From Acidobacteriota bacterium (GTDB taxonomy: Bacteria; Acidobacteriota; CAIWXX01), in the NCBI GenBank assembly GCA_040755995.1, contig JBFMAF010000033.1:32001-96000 (forward strand): a stretch of DNA of 64,000 nucleotides, read 5' to 3'. Shown here one piece after another: positions 29,332-39,848 of this stretch (positions are counted from its first letter, which is position 1; every line of letters starts with the position of its first letter). The notes beneath the pieces were generated by a model. That model was not told the origin of the DNA, did no database searches, and saw nothing but the letters and a program-made list of their open reading frames with translations. The position numbers and the translations under genes were made by a program.

Positions 29332-29787
29332 CTAGGTGCCGTACTTCGCCAGCGGCACAATGAACGGCAGTTGTGCGGCTAATGCAGCGAGCCGCGGATC
29401 AGCCGTTACGAGCGGCGCTTGAAGGTGTTCAGCCAGAGCCACATAGACCATGTCATAGGTGGCAGGCCAGCCGCGAGCGTGAGCGAGTTCGATTATGCGC
29501 CCGCCCCGATCCCCCACCTCATGAAGTGTGATGCGAAGTTCCTGGAACAGCTTCCACGCAGTCACAGCTTCCTCAGGACTTATCCTGACGGGATGGATCT
29601 CCGGTCTGCGAACGCGCTTGCATAGCCCGTCGAGTATCTCGGCAGCCAACAAATGCGGAGCATGAAGTTGGATTCTTCCCTTCGCATGGTCATCAAGAAG
29701 TGCGTGGGCTTGCCGCTTTTCGGATTCCTCTGGAAGGCACGATGCGAGGTAAGCACTGGCATCAAGGACAATGCCCTGGACACTCAA
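29332..29787 (-). CDS. vapC: PIN-domain toxin (VapC family)
   Basis: IVLDAS, AEI, TYDMVYVALA, LVTAD PIN motifs. Confidence 0.9.
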   Translation of the reverse strand: MSVQGIVLDASAYLASCLPEESEKRQAHALLDDHAKGRIQLHAPHLLAAEILDGLCKRVRRPEIHPVRISPEEAVTAWKLFQELRITLHEVGDRGGRIIELAHARGWPATYDMVYVALAEHLQAPLVTADPRLAALAAQLPFIVPLAKYGT

Positions 29788-30044
29788 GGCCGAGACTCCA
29801 AGTCCTGTCGGCTTTCTTCGTGGATCTCACGCCATGTAATGCCCCGCGCACGCCACTTCTCGCCCAGAGTACGCAAGTCGTCAACCGCGAGCTGTCGCAC
29901 CATCCGCTGGTACTCTTCTTCGGCGATGATCCGCACCGCCGGCTCGCGGTCTTTCGTAATGATAACTTGTGCACCAGCTTCGACTTCCCGGACCAATCCA
30001 GTCAGGTGGTTCTTTGCATTGGCTATAGATACTGTCTTGACCAT
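29784..30044 (-). CDS. Phd/YefM family antitoxin
   Basis: VSIANAKNHLTGLVREVEAGAQVIITK..EPAVRI; overlaps the toxin start. Confidence 0.9.
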   Translation of the reverse strand: MVKTVSIANAKNHLTGLVREVEAGAQVIITKDREPAVRIIAEEEYQRMVRQLAVDDLRTLGEKWRARGITWREIHEESRQDLESRP

Positions 30045-30171
30045 TAGCTGTATGTCCTAGCTATGATATAATGCCATAAGCGAACTAGCAGCGCAACTTG
30101 ATTTTCCGGGACCTCGGGGCAGGAGACGTCTCCAGGCTTTCGCAAGACTCAGCAAGTCCAACTACCCCAAG

Positions 30172-30504
30172 TTGCAGCGCGAACCCACCGGATGCTTCGT
30201 TCCCATCGGCTTAGCCGACAACATGATTTACAACACCGTTAGGGTAAGCAAGAACCAGAGAATAGCGAGCACACTGGATCGCCTGATGCCACAGGCCAAG
30301 CGATTGATTGCACAGATCAATCCTACGAGCGGGCTCCTGCGTGGGTACTCCTTCTGGTGGATCGTGTACTATCAGAATTTCCTGGAAAGCGGCTCCAACC
30401 GTTACGATGTGATGGAGCTGGTGGTAGAGCGCCCCGCGTTTGATGAATTCATGGCGGCAACTACAGCATATATGAGATGGCGCAGAAGTCGACCCTACGG
30501 GTGA
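30172..30504 (+). pseudogene. Possible 3' remnant of an unknown gene
   Basis: Protein-like open frame with no good start or RBS, next to the TA promoter. Confidence 0.25.
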
Positions 30505-30616
30505 ACAGCGAGAAATACACGCTGACTTCATACGATCCAATTGGTGAGTAGCGCGATCGGGAGGTTTGCACTTTCTGGCTCGTCGGCCGTTGGTGCAGCT
30601 CTATCCCGGCCAGTGA

Positions 30617-31717
30617 TCAATCTGTAACCGGACTCAGCCGATCGCTGTACCTATTGGAGGTGGCGAATAGTCCGGGGCAACTTGCCCTGACCACACACCC
30701 TTCGCAGAGAGGCAAGAAGGCCTTCTTCCACCCGGAAATCGAGTCTCTCGCGAACGGCCGAAGTTCCTCAGGCAGAAGGCACAGAGGCAGGTTGTAGATC
30801 GAGACACGGAGATCTCGTCTGGAGAGATGCTGGACCGCCAACTTCAACTGGGAGACGTATAGGACGGGATCGATCCATACACGTTCCACATTCAGGCGGG
30901 CGAGCCCCGTCACCTCAACTCCCATGAAGGCGACATGAATGGCGAAGGGGAAGTTCCTGTAGATGAACTCTGCGAGCTGCGGCAGCCGCTGGTAGTTCTC
31001 CCTCAACACAACCACTCTCACCTCGACCTTCTGCTTCAGAAGGGCCAGATTGTGCAGACCAGCGACCGTTTGGTTGAAACCGCCGGTCACCCCTGTGATT
31101 TCGTCATGGATGCGATCCACGTCACTGAGGAGTGAAATGCAAAGTGTGAGACGGGGGTGGTCAGTGGCCACAATTCGCCTGCAAACCTCCAGCTGATGGA
31201 ATGCGATGCCGTTAGTCAGCAAGTAGCTCTCCGCTTCGGGGAATCGCGTCTTGCAGGCATGGATCAACATGCACAGCCAATCCAATCGCAAGGTGGGCTC
31301 TCCACCGCTCAGAGCGATGCTCGCAACGGATTCGCCGGCAGCCAGGCGCAGAATCTCCAAGTTTAGATTCAGCTGATCGGGTGCGTCCCTCCTCGGTGGC
31401 TGAGGGCACATGACACACCTGCAGTTGCAGGTGTTCGTGACCAGGATGCAGTTGTGTATGGTCCCGGCTTCCCATACGACGGTAATCGGGCCGTCCGGAA
31501 GAATCAGGACCACGTCGCCGCTACGTAGCTCGGACGCGGCTGGTGTGCTGAGCTGCGCCACGCATGCCTCCGGCTCCCCCTTGTATGAAGCGTAGAACAG
31601 GCGCTCCTCGCACATGACGAGGCTCGGTTCGATGTCAGCTGTTGGACCCGACCTGGTTGTTACACGTGCCAGAAGCGGGCGTTTGAGCCCGACTGCTCTC
31701 CCGTCCAGCCGCCTCAC
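30617..31717 (-). CDS. hxsC: His-Xaa-Ser system radical SAM maturase HxsC
   Basis: VTNTCNCRCVMCPQPP, SGGEPT, YNLPLCLL, SISGWK, C-terminal CEGC..C.G. Confidence 0.92.
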   Translation of the reverse strand: MRRLDGRAVGLKRPLLARVTTRSGPTADIEPSLVMCEERLFYASYKGEPEACVAQLSTPAASELRSGDVVLILPDGPITVVWEAGTIHNCILVTNTCNCRCVMCPQPPRRDAPDQLNLNLEILRLAAGESVASIALSGGEPTLRLDWLCMLIHACKTRFPEAESYLLTNGIAFHQLEVCRRIVATDHPRLTLCISLLSDVDRIHDEITGVTGGFNQTVAGLHNLALLKQKVEVRVVVLRENYQRLPQLAEFIYRNFPFAIHVAFMGVEVTGLARLNVERVWIDPVLYVSQLKLAVQHLSRRDLRVSIYNLPLCLLPEELRPFARDSISGWKKAFLPLCEGCVVRASCPGLFATSNRYSDRLSPVTD

Positions 31718-33158
31718 AACTTGACCTCGGCGTAGGACCTGTTAGTCAGCCAACTCCAGAGAACATCTTGGATCTCCTCGTCTCCCGAGCGGATCAAGGA
31801 GAACAAATGGTCGAGGATTGCCATGTTCTTCTTGCAGAAATCGCTCGTGGGCCTATGCCCGACGAAGTCCCCGTGTTCGGTGTAGTATCGGACAGGGTCC
31901 GCTCCGCAGTAGAGTTGATAGGCGCACCAGGCGCAGCCCGGAAGCGTCTCGACACAGGAATTGTATGTAAGCTCGCGCACCCGTCGCCCGCCGAATATCT
32001 CTTCAAAGGCGTGCCCGTGGACATTGCCCAGGGCGAACCGGGTGTCGCCGGAACGTGCGAGCATCCTGCCTTCGTCACTGGCATAGACAGTGCCGTCGTA
32101 ATCATAGACGACGCCGCTGATCCCGGCGCCGGAAGGGGATTGGAGGTCCACAAAGCCAGTGGAGAACGGCGTGAGGATACGCCCCAGGAGCAAGGTCGTG
32201 TAGTACTCGGCGAAAAATCTGCCGCGCACATTGAGCTCGATCACGTACGCCAGTGCCTCTTTGTACGCTTCGATGAACGCCTCGATCGGATAGGCGAGTC
32301 TCTTCCACTCTGCTCTTGCGAATCCATATGGGTTGAGCGTGCGCAAGAAGACACCTGGAAACCCGAGTCGGACATAGTGCTCGATGACCTCGCGCAACGA
32401 ATGCAGATTCGAACGCGTGATCGTGAGGAGTGGGGAACACGCCTCCATTCCGTTGATACTACGGGCCGCCTCGAGGTTTCGGATGAACAAATCGTACGTA
32501 CTCGTCCCGTTTCTGCTTTTTCTGTGGACGTCGTGGAGATTCTTGGGCCCGTCGAGCGATGTCGAGATCCAGACTCGATGATCTCGCAGGTATCGGAGTT
32601 GATCCTCGGTCACCTGTGTCAAGTTAGTACAGAGCACGAACTCGACCGTCTTGCCGACCTTCGAAGCTTCGTTCCCCGCGCGCTCCACGACGTAAGTCAG
32701 GACGGGCCAGTTGATGGTCGGCTCCCCACCCTGGAATTCGATCTTCACCCGGCGGGCTGGTCCCCGGAGGATCATCTCCACTACACTTCCGGCTGTCGCC
32801 TCGGACATGTTCAAAGCCACTTGCCCGGGTGCCACCGTCGAGGCGTGGCAGTAATCGCACCGACAATTGCAGCATGCTGTCAGCACGACGATGTGCAGCG
32901 TCGTGAAGTCCCGAAGGAACGCTTTGCGCGTCCGGAGCTTCGTGGCGAGCATCGAGACTGATAGTCCGATATCCCCGTCGCAGACAAACTGCTTGCTCTT
33001 CAGATCCAGGAACACTTCCGATCCTGTGTCGAGAGCATCAGTGAGAAGGGCCTCGAAGTTGTCACGGGATACGAAGTGGAACTCCCCGCCCTGGTTCACG
33101 ACCAGTACGTCACCATCCGGCTGGCGGCGGAACGTAAACGGGAGTAGGGTGTAGCCGC
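31714..33158 (-). CDS. hxsB: His-Xaa-Ser system radical SAM maturase HxsB (start unresolved because of A9 run)
   Basis: CNCRCDYCHAS, KIEFQGGEP, FVDLQSPSGAG, YASDEGRML, CAWCAYQLYCGADP; frame continues upstream of GTG 33099 through GYTLLPFTFRR. Confidence 0.9.
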
Positions 33159-33512
33159 CTAGAGTTTTTTTTTCTCGACTGGCGTGGATGGGACCCGGGC
33201 AAATGCATGCTCGTAGATCGTTCTCCGCAGAGCGCCGCTTCGGCTATCAAGATCCAGACGGATCTGCTGGTCGAGCACCTCGTTACAGAATTCCAATGCC
33301 ACCTTGCCCGTGTCCAGATTGTCGGGGACATCCCCTTTCGCCTGGAAGAGAACCTCCATCCGACCGTCTCCCGATTCGAGCAGCCGAATTGCCCATCGAT
33401 CTGTGAACCTGTAGGATGCCGCCACTACGGCCTCCCTATGGTACAGCGAGAGGGGAAACCTCACAGCGATGCGCCCGGGTCCCCGCTCGATCAGGAAATC
33501 CTCGTATGGCAT
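33159..33512 (-). CDS. hxsD: His-Xaa-Ser system protein HxsD
   Basis: LYHREAVVAASYRFTD...EFCNEVLDQQIR..L...LRRTIYEHAF. Confidence 0.9.
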   Translation of the reverse strand: MPYEDFLIERGPGRIAVRFPLSLYHREAVVAASYRFTDRWAIRLLESGDGRMEVLFQAKGDVPDNLDTGKVALEFCNEVLDQQIRLDLDSRSGALRRTIYEHAFARVPSTPVEKKKL

Positions 33513-33525
33513 CGAGCCCCCGGGA

Positions 33526-34698
33526 TCACGGCACGACGTTGATGGTCACGGACACGGCAGCGGAATCCGCGAACCCGTCGTGTACCTTGAACTCGAAACT
33601 GTCCGCGCCTACATAGCCCGGCTTCGGGGCGTACGTGAGTTTCGGCGATCCAGTTACCCCCGAGAGCTTTCCATTCTTGGGGCTAGTCACGATCAGATAT
33701 GTCAGGTTATCACCATCCCCGTCCGTGCCTCCCAGTAGTATCTCCCTGGACATGTCCTTGATCACTGTGATGGTAGCTCCCTCGGCCATCGGCGGTCGGT
33801 TGTCGCGCACTTGAATCGTGACCTTGGCCGTGTTCGATCCCGTTTTCCCGTCCTTTGCCTTGAACGAGAAGGAATCCGGGCCAACATAGTTGGCGTCGGG
33901 TGCATACACCAAGTCTGGGGCCGTCCCGGTCAGTTTTCCGTGAGAGGGGTTCGAGGCTGCCTCGTAGGTCAGTTTGTCACCATCGACATCCACAGCCGCG
34001 ATCCTCACGTCAGTCTTCTGTCCCTCTAGCACGACCACGTTCTGACCCAACGCAACGGGTGGATCGTTGACGGGTTCCACCGTGACCGACACCGTCGCCG
34101 GTTGCGAATCGACCTTCCCATCGTTGGCTTTCAGGGTGAACCGGTCAGGGCCGTTGGAGTCCCGCGCGGGTGTATACAGAACGGTCTCCGGCGATTGGAT
34201 GTCCACGATTCCATGTGACGGTGGATCCACAACCCGCAACGTCAGCCGGTCTCCGTCGGGATCATAGGCCTTCACACTGAGAATGGTGCGTTCATCCTCC
34301 AGGATCCTCACGTTGGCATCCCCCACCGTGGGCGCATGATTTGGACGATAGGTAGTGGCAGGAGGAGTTGAAGGCGCAGGGGTCGAGGGGCCAGTGGTAC
34401 CGGAGTAGTGCGAAGCATGGGAAGCATGTGACCGATGGGACGCATGAGACCGGTGGGAAGAGTGGGATGAATGGGATTGATGCGCAATGAGCCACGGGGT
34501 TGAGAATTCATATAGGGTTCGTGCATGCTCAAGATAGAGTTTGTCCTCCTCGCTCGACTGGCCCCGTCGTAGTAGGATGGCGGCGGGTGCCAGGGCGGTG
34601 GGAGTCGCTTGCGACGGCTGACGCGATGCCGTGCCGACTCCGAATGAACCAAGAACCCCGATGAATGCACTCACGAAGGTCTTCCAGAGTTTCCTCAT
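33526..34698 (-). CDS. hxsA: His-Xaa-Ser repeat precursor (HxsA-like) fused to three cadherin/Big_9-like Ig domains
   Basis: Nine HxS triplets (34402-34482), Pro/Thr linker, three repeats starting NHAP/NDPP/NRPP with D.DGD.LT and GPDSF.FK.DG motifs. Confidence 0.85.
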   Translation of the reverse strand: MRKLWKTFVSAFIGVLGSFGVGTASRQPSQATPTALAPAAILLRRGQSSEEDKLYLEHARTLYEFSTPWLIAHQSHSSHSSHRSHASHRSHASHASHYSGTTGPSTPAPSTPPATTYRPNHAPTVGDANVRILEDERTILSVKAYDPDGDRLTLRVVDPPSHGIVDIQSPETVLYTPARDSNGPDRFTLKANDGKVDSQPATVSVTVEPVNDPPVALGQNVVVLEGQKTDVRIAAVDVDGDKLTYEAASNPSHGKLTGTAPDLVYAPDANYVGPDSFSFKAKDGKTGSNTAKVTIQVRDNRPPMAEGATITVIKDMSREILLGGTDGDGDNLTYLIVTSPKNGKLSGVTGSPKLTYAPKPGYVGADSFEFKVHDGFADSAAVSVTINVVP

Positions 34699-34858
34699 GA
34701 AATGCCTCGCACGCGGTACAGCGAGATTGTAAGCCGCGGAGCCGCCGATGATGCCAACAGGAAGACGCCGTTGCCCCCGTTCATGCTCGCTCCCCGACTA
34801 TGAAGTCACCATATCACTGACTATCAGGCCCGCACGCCCGCGACCTGCTGGGGTCCTC

Positions 34859-35656
34859 TCATTCGAGCACCTTCCCGCACTGAGGACATGTCCGCGGCCG
34901 ACGGAGACCCTGGATCTCCTCGGCGAACCCGCTTGCCAGGATGCCGGCGGGGAGTGCGAACATTCCAACGCCTAGGATCTCGATGAAAGCGCCGACGAAT
35001 TTGCCCAGCGGTGTCACAGGGTAGATGTCGCCATACCCGACGGTGGTCAGCGTGACGACCCCCCACCACATGGCCGAAGGTATGCTTCCGAATGCCTTCG
35101 GCTGTGCGTCGCGTTCGATGAAGTACATGAGGCTGGATGCGAATAGCAGCAGCAGGGCTCCCATCATCCCGGTGACGAGCAGCTCCTCTTTCTTGTTCCA
35201 GAGTACCTTACGCAGGATCCGCTGCGCATTTGAATAGCGCGCCAGCTTAAGCAACCGGAAGAGCCGGAGCAGCCGAAGGGAGCGCATGAAGCGCAGGTCG
35301 ACCGGCAGGATCCATGGGATGTAGAAGGGCAATATCGCGAGCAGGTCGACAAGTGCGATCGGAGTCGCCGCGAACCGCAGCCGCCCCAGAACCGACCGGG
35401 AATACTCATCCACTGACGTGCAGGACCAGAGCCGGATGAGGTACTCGAGCGAGAAGACGGCAACCGAGAAAACCTCAAACCCCGACAGGAAAGCCCTGAA
35501 TCTCGATTCGACTGAATCGACTGTACCGAGCACGACTGCGAACACGTTGAGGACGATTAGAACGAGGATCGCCACGTTCAGGAACCTCTCGATGCCAACA
35601 TCCCCCTCCTCCGGTTCGAGAAGTCGGAAGACATGTGCTTTGATCGAAGTTGGCAC
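34859..35656 (-). CDS. Voltage-gated K+ channel family ion transporter
   Basis: S4 RSLRLLRLFRLLKLAR, filter TTVGYGD, C-terminal CPQCG. Confidence 0.92.
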   Translation of the reverse strand: MPTSIKAHVFRLLEPEEGDVGIERFLNVAILVLIVLNVFAVVLGTVDSVESRFRAFLSGFEVFSVAVFSLEYLIRLWSCTSVDEYSRSVLGRLRFAATPIALVDLLAILPFYIPWILPVDLRFMRSLRLLRLFRLLKLARYSNAQRILRKVLWNKKEELLVTGMMGALLLLFASSLMYFIERDAQPKAFGSIPSAMWWGVVTLTTVGYGDIYPVTPLGKFVGAFIEILGVGMFALPAGILASGFAEEIQGLRRPRTCPQCGKVLE

Positions 35657-36437
35657 TGTTCACTCCCTACACGCGCACTCAGTCGGCGGACGACGTGCCT
35701 CAGATGGGTCGTAGCACCGCTTCGCCTCGCAGAGATTCCAAGGGATTCTGCCTTTCGACGGATGCCCGCAGCTACAGCACCGGTCCTTTTCCCCCTTCCG
35801 CACAGCATAGAGGATGGTGTGCCTCGGGATCTCATCGCGCACCGAGCCAACATCGTGAAAGGACTCCACTGAAGGACGGGCTGGTTGGTGGGAATCCTCG
35901 AAAACAACTGCCTTCGGCGGCCGGTACTGGAGAACCCCCAGTCCGATCACCCGCGATGGAAGAACGTGAGAAACTCCATCCATCCCAGACCCCCCTTGGA
36001 TTGCGCTCTTGACCTGTCGTGGTCCATACTTCCCCCCACTACAGGATGATTTGGCGAGATGCCCTCATCTTGCGTGTTCCGCACGAAATTCTTGATTCGC
36101 CACCGAACACCGTCCAGTGATCCCGGCTCCGGGTCCGAGCCCGTAAGTGATTTACGCAAGCCAGATGCCAGAACCGGCCCCTGCCGGTGTAGCGGGGAAT
36201 ATTTTGCGGATATCAGATACTTGCAATTGTCTTGTCGGCAATCCCCTATCAACCAGTCCACAAACCATCAACCGTGAGTTCAGAGTGGAACCGACGCGTC
36301 AGCACGTGATTCTAGACACGATCGCCGCCTACGTGAGGGGCTCAGCGTCCCGCCTCCTGGGGTTGACTGGCCTGGTCCCTGGCGGTGTGATCATCGGAGA
36401 TGCACCCCGCACCGGCAGAACCCACGGGCATCAAGGA

Positions 36438-36490
36438 AGAAGGGCCGGATCGCTTGCGCGAACCGACCCTTGGCTGTCGTTGTTGTGCCT
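36438..36490. repeat. Imperfect direct repeat copy B; terminator-like hairpin after the BNR-repeat gene
   Basis: Minus strand AAGGGTCGGTTCGC-GCAA-GCGATCCGGCCCTT; matches 29274-29327. Confidence 0.8.
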
Positions 36491-36494
36491 GGAT

Positions 36495-39400
36495 CTACTC
36501 CGGTTTCCACTGCGGGAGGCGGCCGGGCGTCCATGGGGCGCCGGCGGCTTCCGCCTGGTCTTCCAGCTTCTTGAGATCGGTTTCGATCAGCGTGCGGAGT
36601 TGATCCAGCACGCCGGCGAACTCGGATGCGGCGATCTCATAGGACTGCCGGTGAGTCTGGGTCGGCGCGGAGGTGCTCGCCCAGTGGCCGTAGACCACCA
36701 GCTGTACGCGGTCGGAGATCGACGGCGGTGTCGGCTCATTGCGCCGCGCGACGGTCCGGTCACCGCTGAGCGCGATCTGCAGGTCCTTCAGCCGCGCTTC
36801 GATGGCTCGCAGCTGCTCGCCCAGCTTCGGGTCGGCCTTCGGCGTGTCGCTGAGGGCCTTCTTCAGATGATCGATGCGATTCTGAGCCTCACCTGCGGCT
36901 TCTTCCGCGCCGAGCACCGCGCGCTGTAGCCTCGCGGTCTTCTGCTGGAACGCGAGCAGCGCAGCTCGATCCTTCGTGGCGAGCGAAGCCATCCCGATCG
37001 GGACGGCCGAGAAGCTCTGAGGCTCGCTCAGAGACGTCACTTTGCCGACCACATGCTTTGCGATGCTGACCTTGTAATTGCCTGGCGCTGCCATCGGACC
37101 CTCTGGCGGTGTATCCCACGGGTTGTCAGTTGAAGGCTCCTTGAGGTCTGTCGGATCGGAGGCCGGGTAGCGCAGATCCCATGCGACCCGATGCATGCCG
37201 GCCGTGACGGGGCCGGTCAAACGGCGGACGATGTTCCCGGCCTCGTCTGTGACCGTGACCAGAATGGCCGGCTCTTCCTCGCGTTCCTCGGCGCGCAGCT
37301 CATCCCATGTCGGATAGAAGACGTCCTTGCCGTCCTTCGCGAACTTCTTCTCCTCTTCCTGCCGCGCTTTCTTCCGTGTCTTCAGCTCGTCTTTCAGGTA
37401 GTAGGTGAAGACGGCGCCAAAGGGTGGATTGGGCGCTGTGTAGAACGATTGGCCCATGAAGGCTTTCTCATCCAGCCCCAGCGGCACCGACTCGATATAC
37501 ATCCACGCCTGCTTGACAGGGAAGAGCACGGCCTCCGTTTCCAGCATCGGCTCGGTCACTTTTCGCAACGGTGTGTAGTCGTCGAGGATGTAGAAACCGC
37601 GGCCGAAGGTGGAGACCACCAGGTCGTTCTCGCGCCGCTGGATTGCGATGTCGCGGACGGCGATCACCGGCATGCCGCCTTTGAGCTGCATCCAGTGCTT
37701 GCCGCCGTCGATCGTGAAATAGGCGCCGAACTCGGTTCCGGCGAACAGCAGATCCGCGGCCACGTGGTCCGCAGCCAGAGCCAACACGGTGCCGCGCTCG
37801 GGCAGGTCCCCGGTTATCGAGACCCACGTCTTGCCGCGATCGCTGCTTCTGTAGACGTACGGTTTGAAGTCGCCCATCTTGTGATTGTCGAACGCGGCGT
37901 AGACGGTGTCGGCGTTGACCGGCGATGCGGTGAGCCGAGCCACGTACGTGTTCTCAGGCACGCCCGTGACTCGTTCGATCTTGCGCCAGTTGGCTCCGCC
38001 GTCCTCCGTGACCTGGATCAGGCCGTCGTCGGTCCCCACGTAGATCAGCCCTTCTTTCAGCGGCGACTCATCGAGCGCGACGATGTTGCCGTAATACGAT
38101 GTCGACGCGTTCTTCGCCACGCTGTCTACACTCCACACCCGCCCCATCATCTTGAGCCTGTTTCGATCGATCTGGCGCGTGAGGTCCGGTGAGACGGCTT
38201 TCCATGTGTCGCCGCGATCATCGCTGCGAAACAGCTTGTTGGCGGCGAAGTAGAGGCGCGTGTGTGAATGTGGGCTGATCAGAAGAGGCGAGTCCCAGTT
38301 GTAGCGGAGCGGCGGCTCCCCCTTGCCCGGCTGCGGTTGTATGTCGATCAGCTCGCCGCTCCGCCGGTCATACCGGACCAGTCCTCCGTACTGCGACTCC
38401 GAGTAGACGATACTCGGGTCCTCCGGATCCACCTGGCTCTGGAACCCGTCGCCACCCACCGTCACGAACCAATCCGAGTTCATGATGCCGTGGCTCGTGA
38501 TGGTGCGCGACGGCCCGCCGAGCGTGAAATTGTCCTGCGTTCCTCCGTAGACGTAGTAGAACGGCTTCGAGTTGTCCACGGTAACCTTGTAGAACTGGGT
38601 CACAGGCAAGTTGGCCTTGAACTGCCAGTTCAACCCGCGGTCGAAGCTCTCGTAGATGCCGCCGTCGCAGCCGTTCAGCAGGTAGTTGGTGTCACATGGA
38701 TCGATCCAGAGGGCGTGGTTGTCCACGTGCTTGTATTTTTCTCCGACCTTGTTGAAGCTCTTCCCGCCGTCCTCGGTCACCATCATCCATGTGTCCATGA
38801 TGTAGACACGATCGACGTCCTTCGGATCCGGTATGAGCTCCTGGTAGTACTGCGCGCTGTCGGTGACGTATTCGTTCACCTTCTCCCAGTTCGCGCCGGC
38901 ATCGACCGACTTGAAGAAGCCGCCTGCCTTGTTCGCCGCCTCGATACCGGCGTAGATGATGTCGGGATTCGCCGGAGCGATCGCCAGGCCGATCCTCCCT
39001 ATGTCTTCCTTCGGAAGCCCGTTCTCCAGCTTCTTCCAGTTCGCCCCCGCATCCGTTGACTTGTAGATCGCCGATTCGGGGCCGCCGTTGATCAGCGCCC
39101 AGACGTGACGCCGGCGCTGGTACGATGCCGCGTACAACACGTCGGGATTGCGAGGATCCATGACGACATCAGTGACACCTGTGTTCTCGCTGATCTTCAG
39201 CACCTGGCTCCACGTCTTTCCACCGTCAGTCGTCTTGTAGAGCCCCCGGTCGCCGCCGGGGTTCCACAGCGGCCCCTGAGCCGCAACGTAGACCACCTTC
39301 GAGCTGCGCGGATCGACCACGATCTTGCCGACGTGCTCGGAGCCCTTCAGCCCGACGTTCTCCCACGTCTTACCGCCGTCGATCGACCTGTAGACGCCGT

Positions 39401-39788
39401 CCCCGTATCCTACACTTCTTTGACTGTTATTCTCGCCCGTACCCACCCAGATCACGAACGGGTCGTTCGGGTCGATCGTCACGCAGCCGATCGAGTACGA
39501 TCCCTGGTCGTCGAAGATCGGCGTCCAGGTGGTGCCGGAGTTCGTGGTCTTCCAGACACCCCCGCACGCGACGGCCACATAGTAGAGGCTGCGGTTCTTC
39601 GGATCGACCGCGATGTCGCTGATCCGGCCCGACGTCAGGGCCGGCCCGATGCCGCGTAGCTCGAGCCCGGCGAACGTCTCCGCCTTCAGCTTGCTCTCCG
39701 GCTTCTTTTCGTCCTTGGTCTTCTCGGCTGCCGCGATGCAACACGCAGGCAGCGCAATCGAAAGTATGATTGCCAGGAATCTGTTCAT
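36495..39788 (-). CDS. Secreted BNR/Asp-box repeat (VPS10/sialidase-like) glycosyl hydrolase family protein
   Basis: Signal peptide, many S.DGG.TW Asp-boxes, RGIGPALTSGRI start, coiled-coil tail. Confidence 0.88.
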   Translation of the reverse strand: MNRFLAIILSIALPACCIAAAEKTKDEKKPESKLKAETFAGLELRGIGPALTSGRISDIAVDPKNRSLYYVAVACGGVWKTTNSGTTWTPIFDDQGSYSIGCVTIDPNDPFVIWVGTGENNSQRSVGYGDGVYRSIDGGKTWENVGLKGSEHVGKIVVDPRSSKVVYVAAQGPLWNPGGDRGLYKTTDGGKTWSQVLKISENTGVTDVVMDPRNPDVLYAASYQRRRHVWALINGGPESAIYKSTDAGANWKKLENGLPKEDIGRIGLAIAPANPDIIYAGIEAANKAGGFFKSVDAGANWEKVNEYVTDSAQYYQELIPDPKDVDRVYIMDTWMMVTEDGGKSFNKVGEKYKHVDNHALWIDPCDTNYLLNGCDGGIYESFDRGLNWQFKANLPVTQFYKVTVDNSKPFYYVYGGTQDNFTLGGPSRTITSHGIMNSDWFVTVGGDGFQSQVDPEDPSIVYSESQYGGLVRYDRRSGELIDIQPQPGKGEPPLRYNWDSPLLISPHSHTRLYFAANKLFRSDDRGDTWKAVSPDLTRQIDRNRLKMMGRVWSVDSVAKNASTSYYGNIVALDESPLKEGLIYVGTDDGLIQVTEDGGANWRKIERVTGVPENTYVARLTASPVNADTVYAAFDNHKMGDFKPYVYRSSDRGKTWVSITGDLPERGTVLALAADHVAADLLFAGTEFGAYFTIDGGKHWMQLKGGMPVIAVRDIAIQRRENDLVVSTFGRGFYILDDYTPLRKVTEPMLETEAVLFPVKQAWMYIESVPLGLDEKAFMGQSFYTAPNPPFGAVFTYYLKDELKTRKKARQEEEKKFAKDGKDVFYPTWDELRAEEREEEPAILVTVTDEAGNIVRRLTGPVTAGMHRVAWDLRYPASDPTDLKEPSTDNPWDTPPEGPMAAPGNYKVSIAKHVVGKVTSLSEPQSFSAVPIGMASLATKDRAALLAFQQKTARLQRAVLGAEEAAGEAQNRIDHLKKALSDTPKADPKLGEQLRAIEARLKDLQIALSGDRTVARRNEPTPPSISDRVQLVVYGHWASTSAPTQTHRQSYEIAASEFAGVLDQLRTLIETDLKKLEDQAEAAGAPWTPGRLPQWKPE

Positions 39789-39813
39789 CCGTATGCCTCC
39801 ATCATGATTCTTT

Positions 39814-39848
39814 AGTTGATAGTTGTCAGTTGTCGGTTGTCAGTTCTC
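39814..39848. repeat. Short heptamer tandem repeat
   Basis: agttgat agttgtc agttgtc ggttgtc agttctc. Confidence 0.7.

Noticed and set aside
35657..36437. Short ORFs or structured RNA upstream of the K+ channel
   Set aside because: No recognisable domain or riboswitch consensus; an Rfam search would be needed
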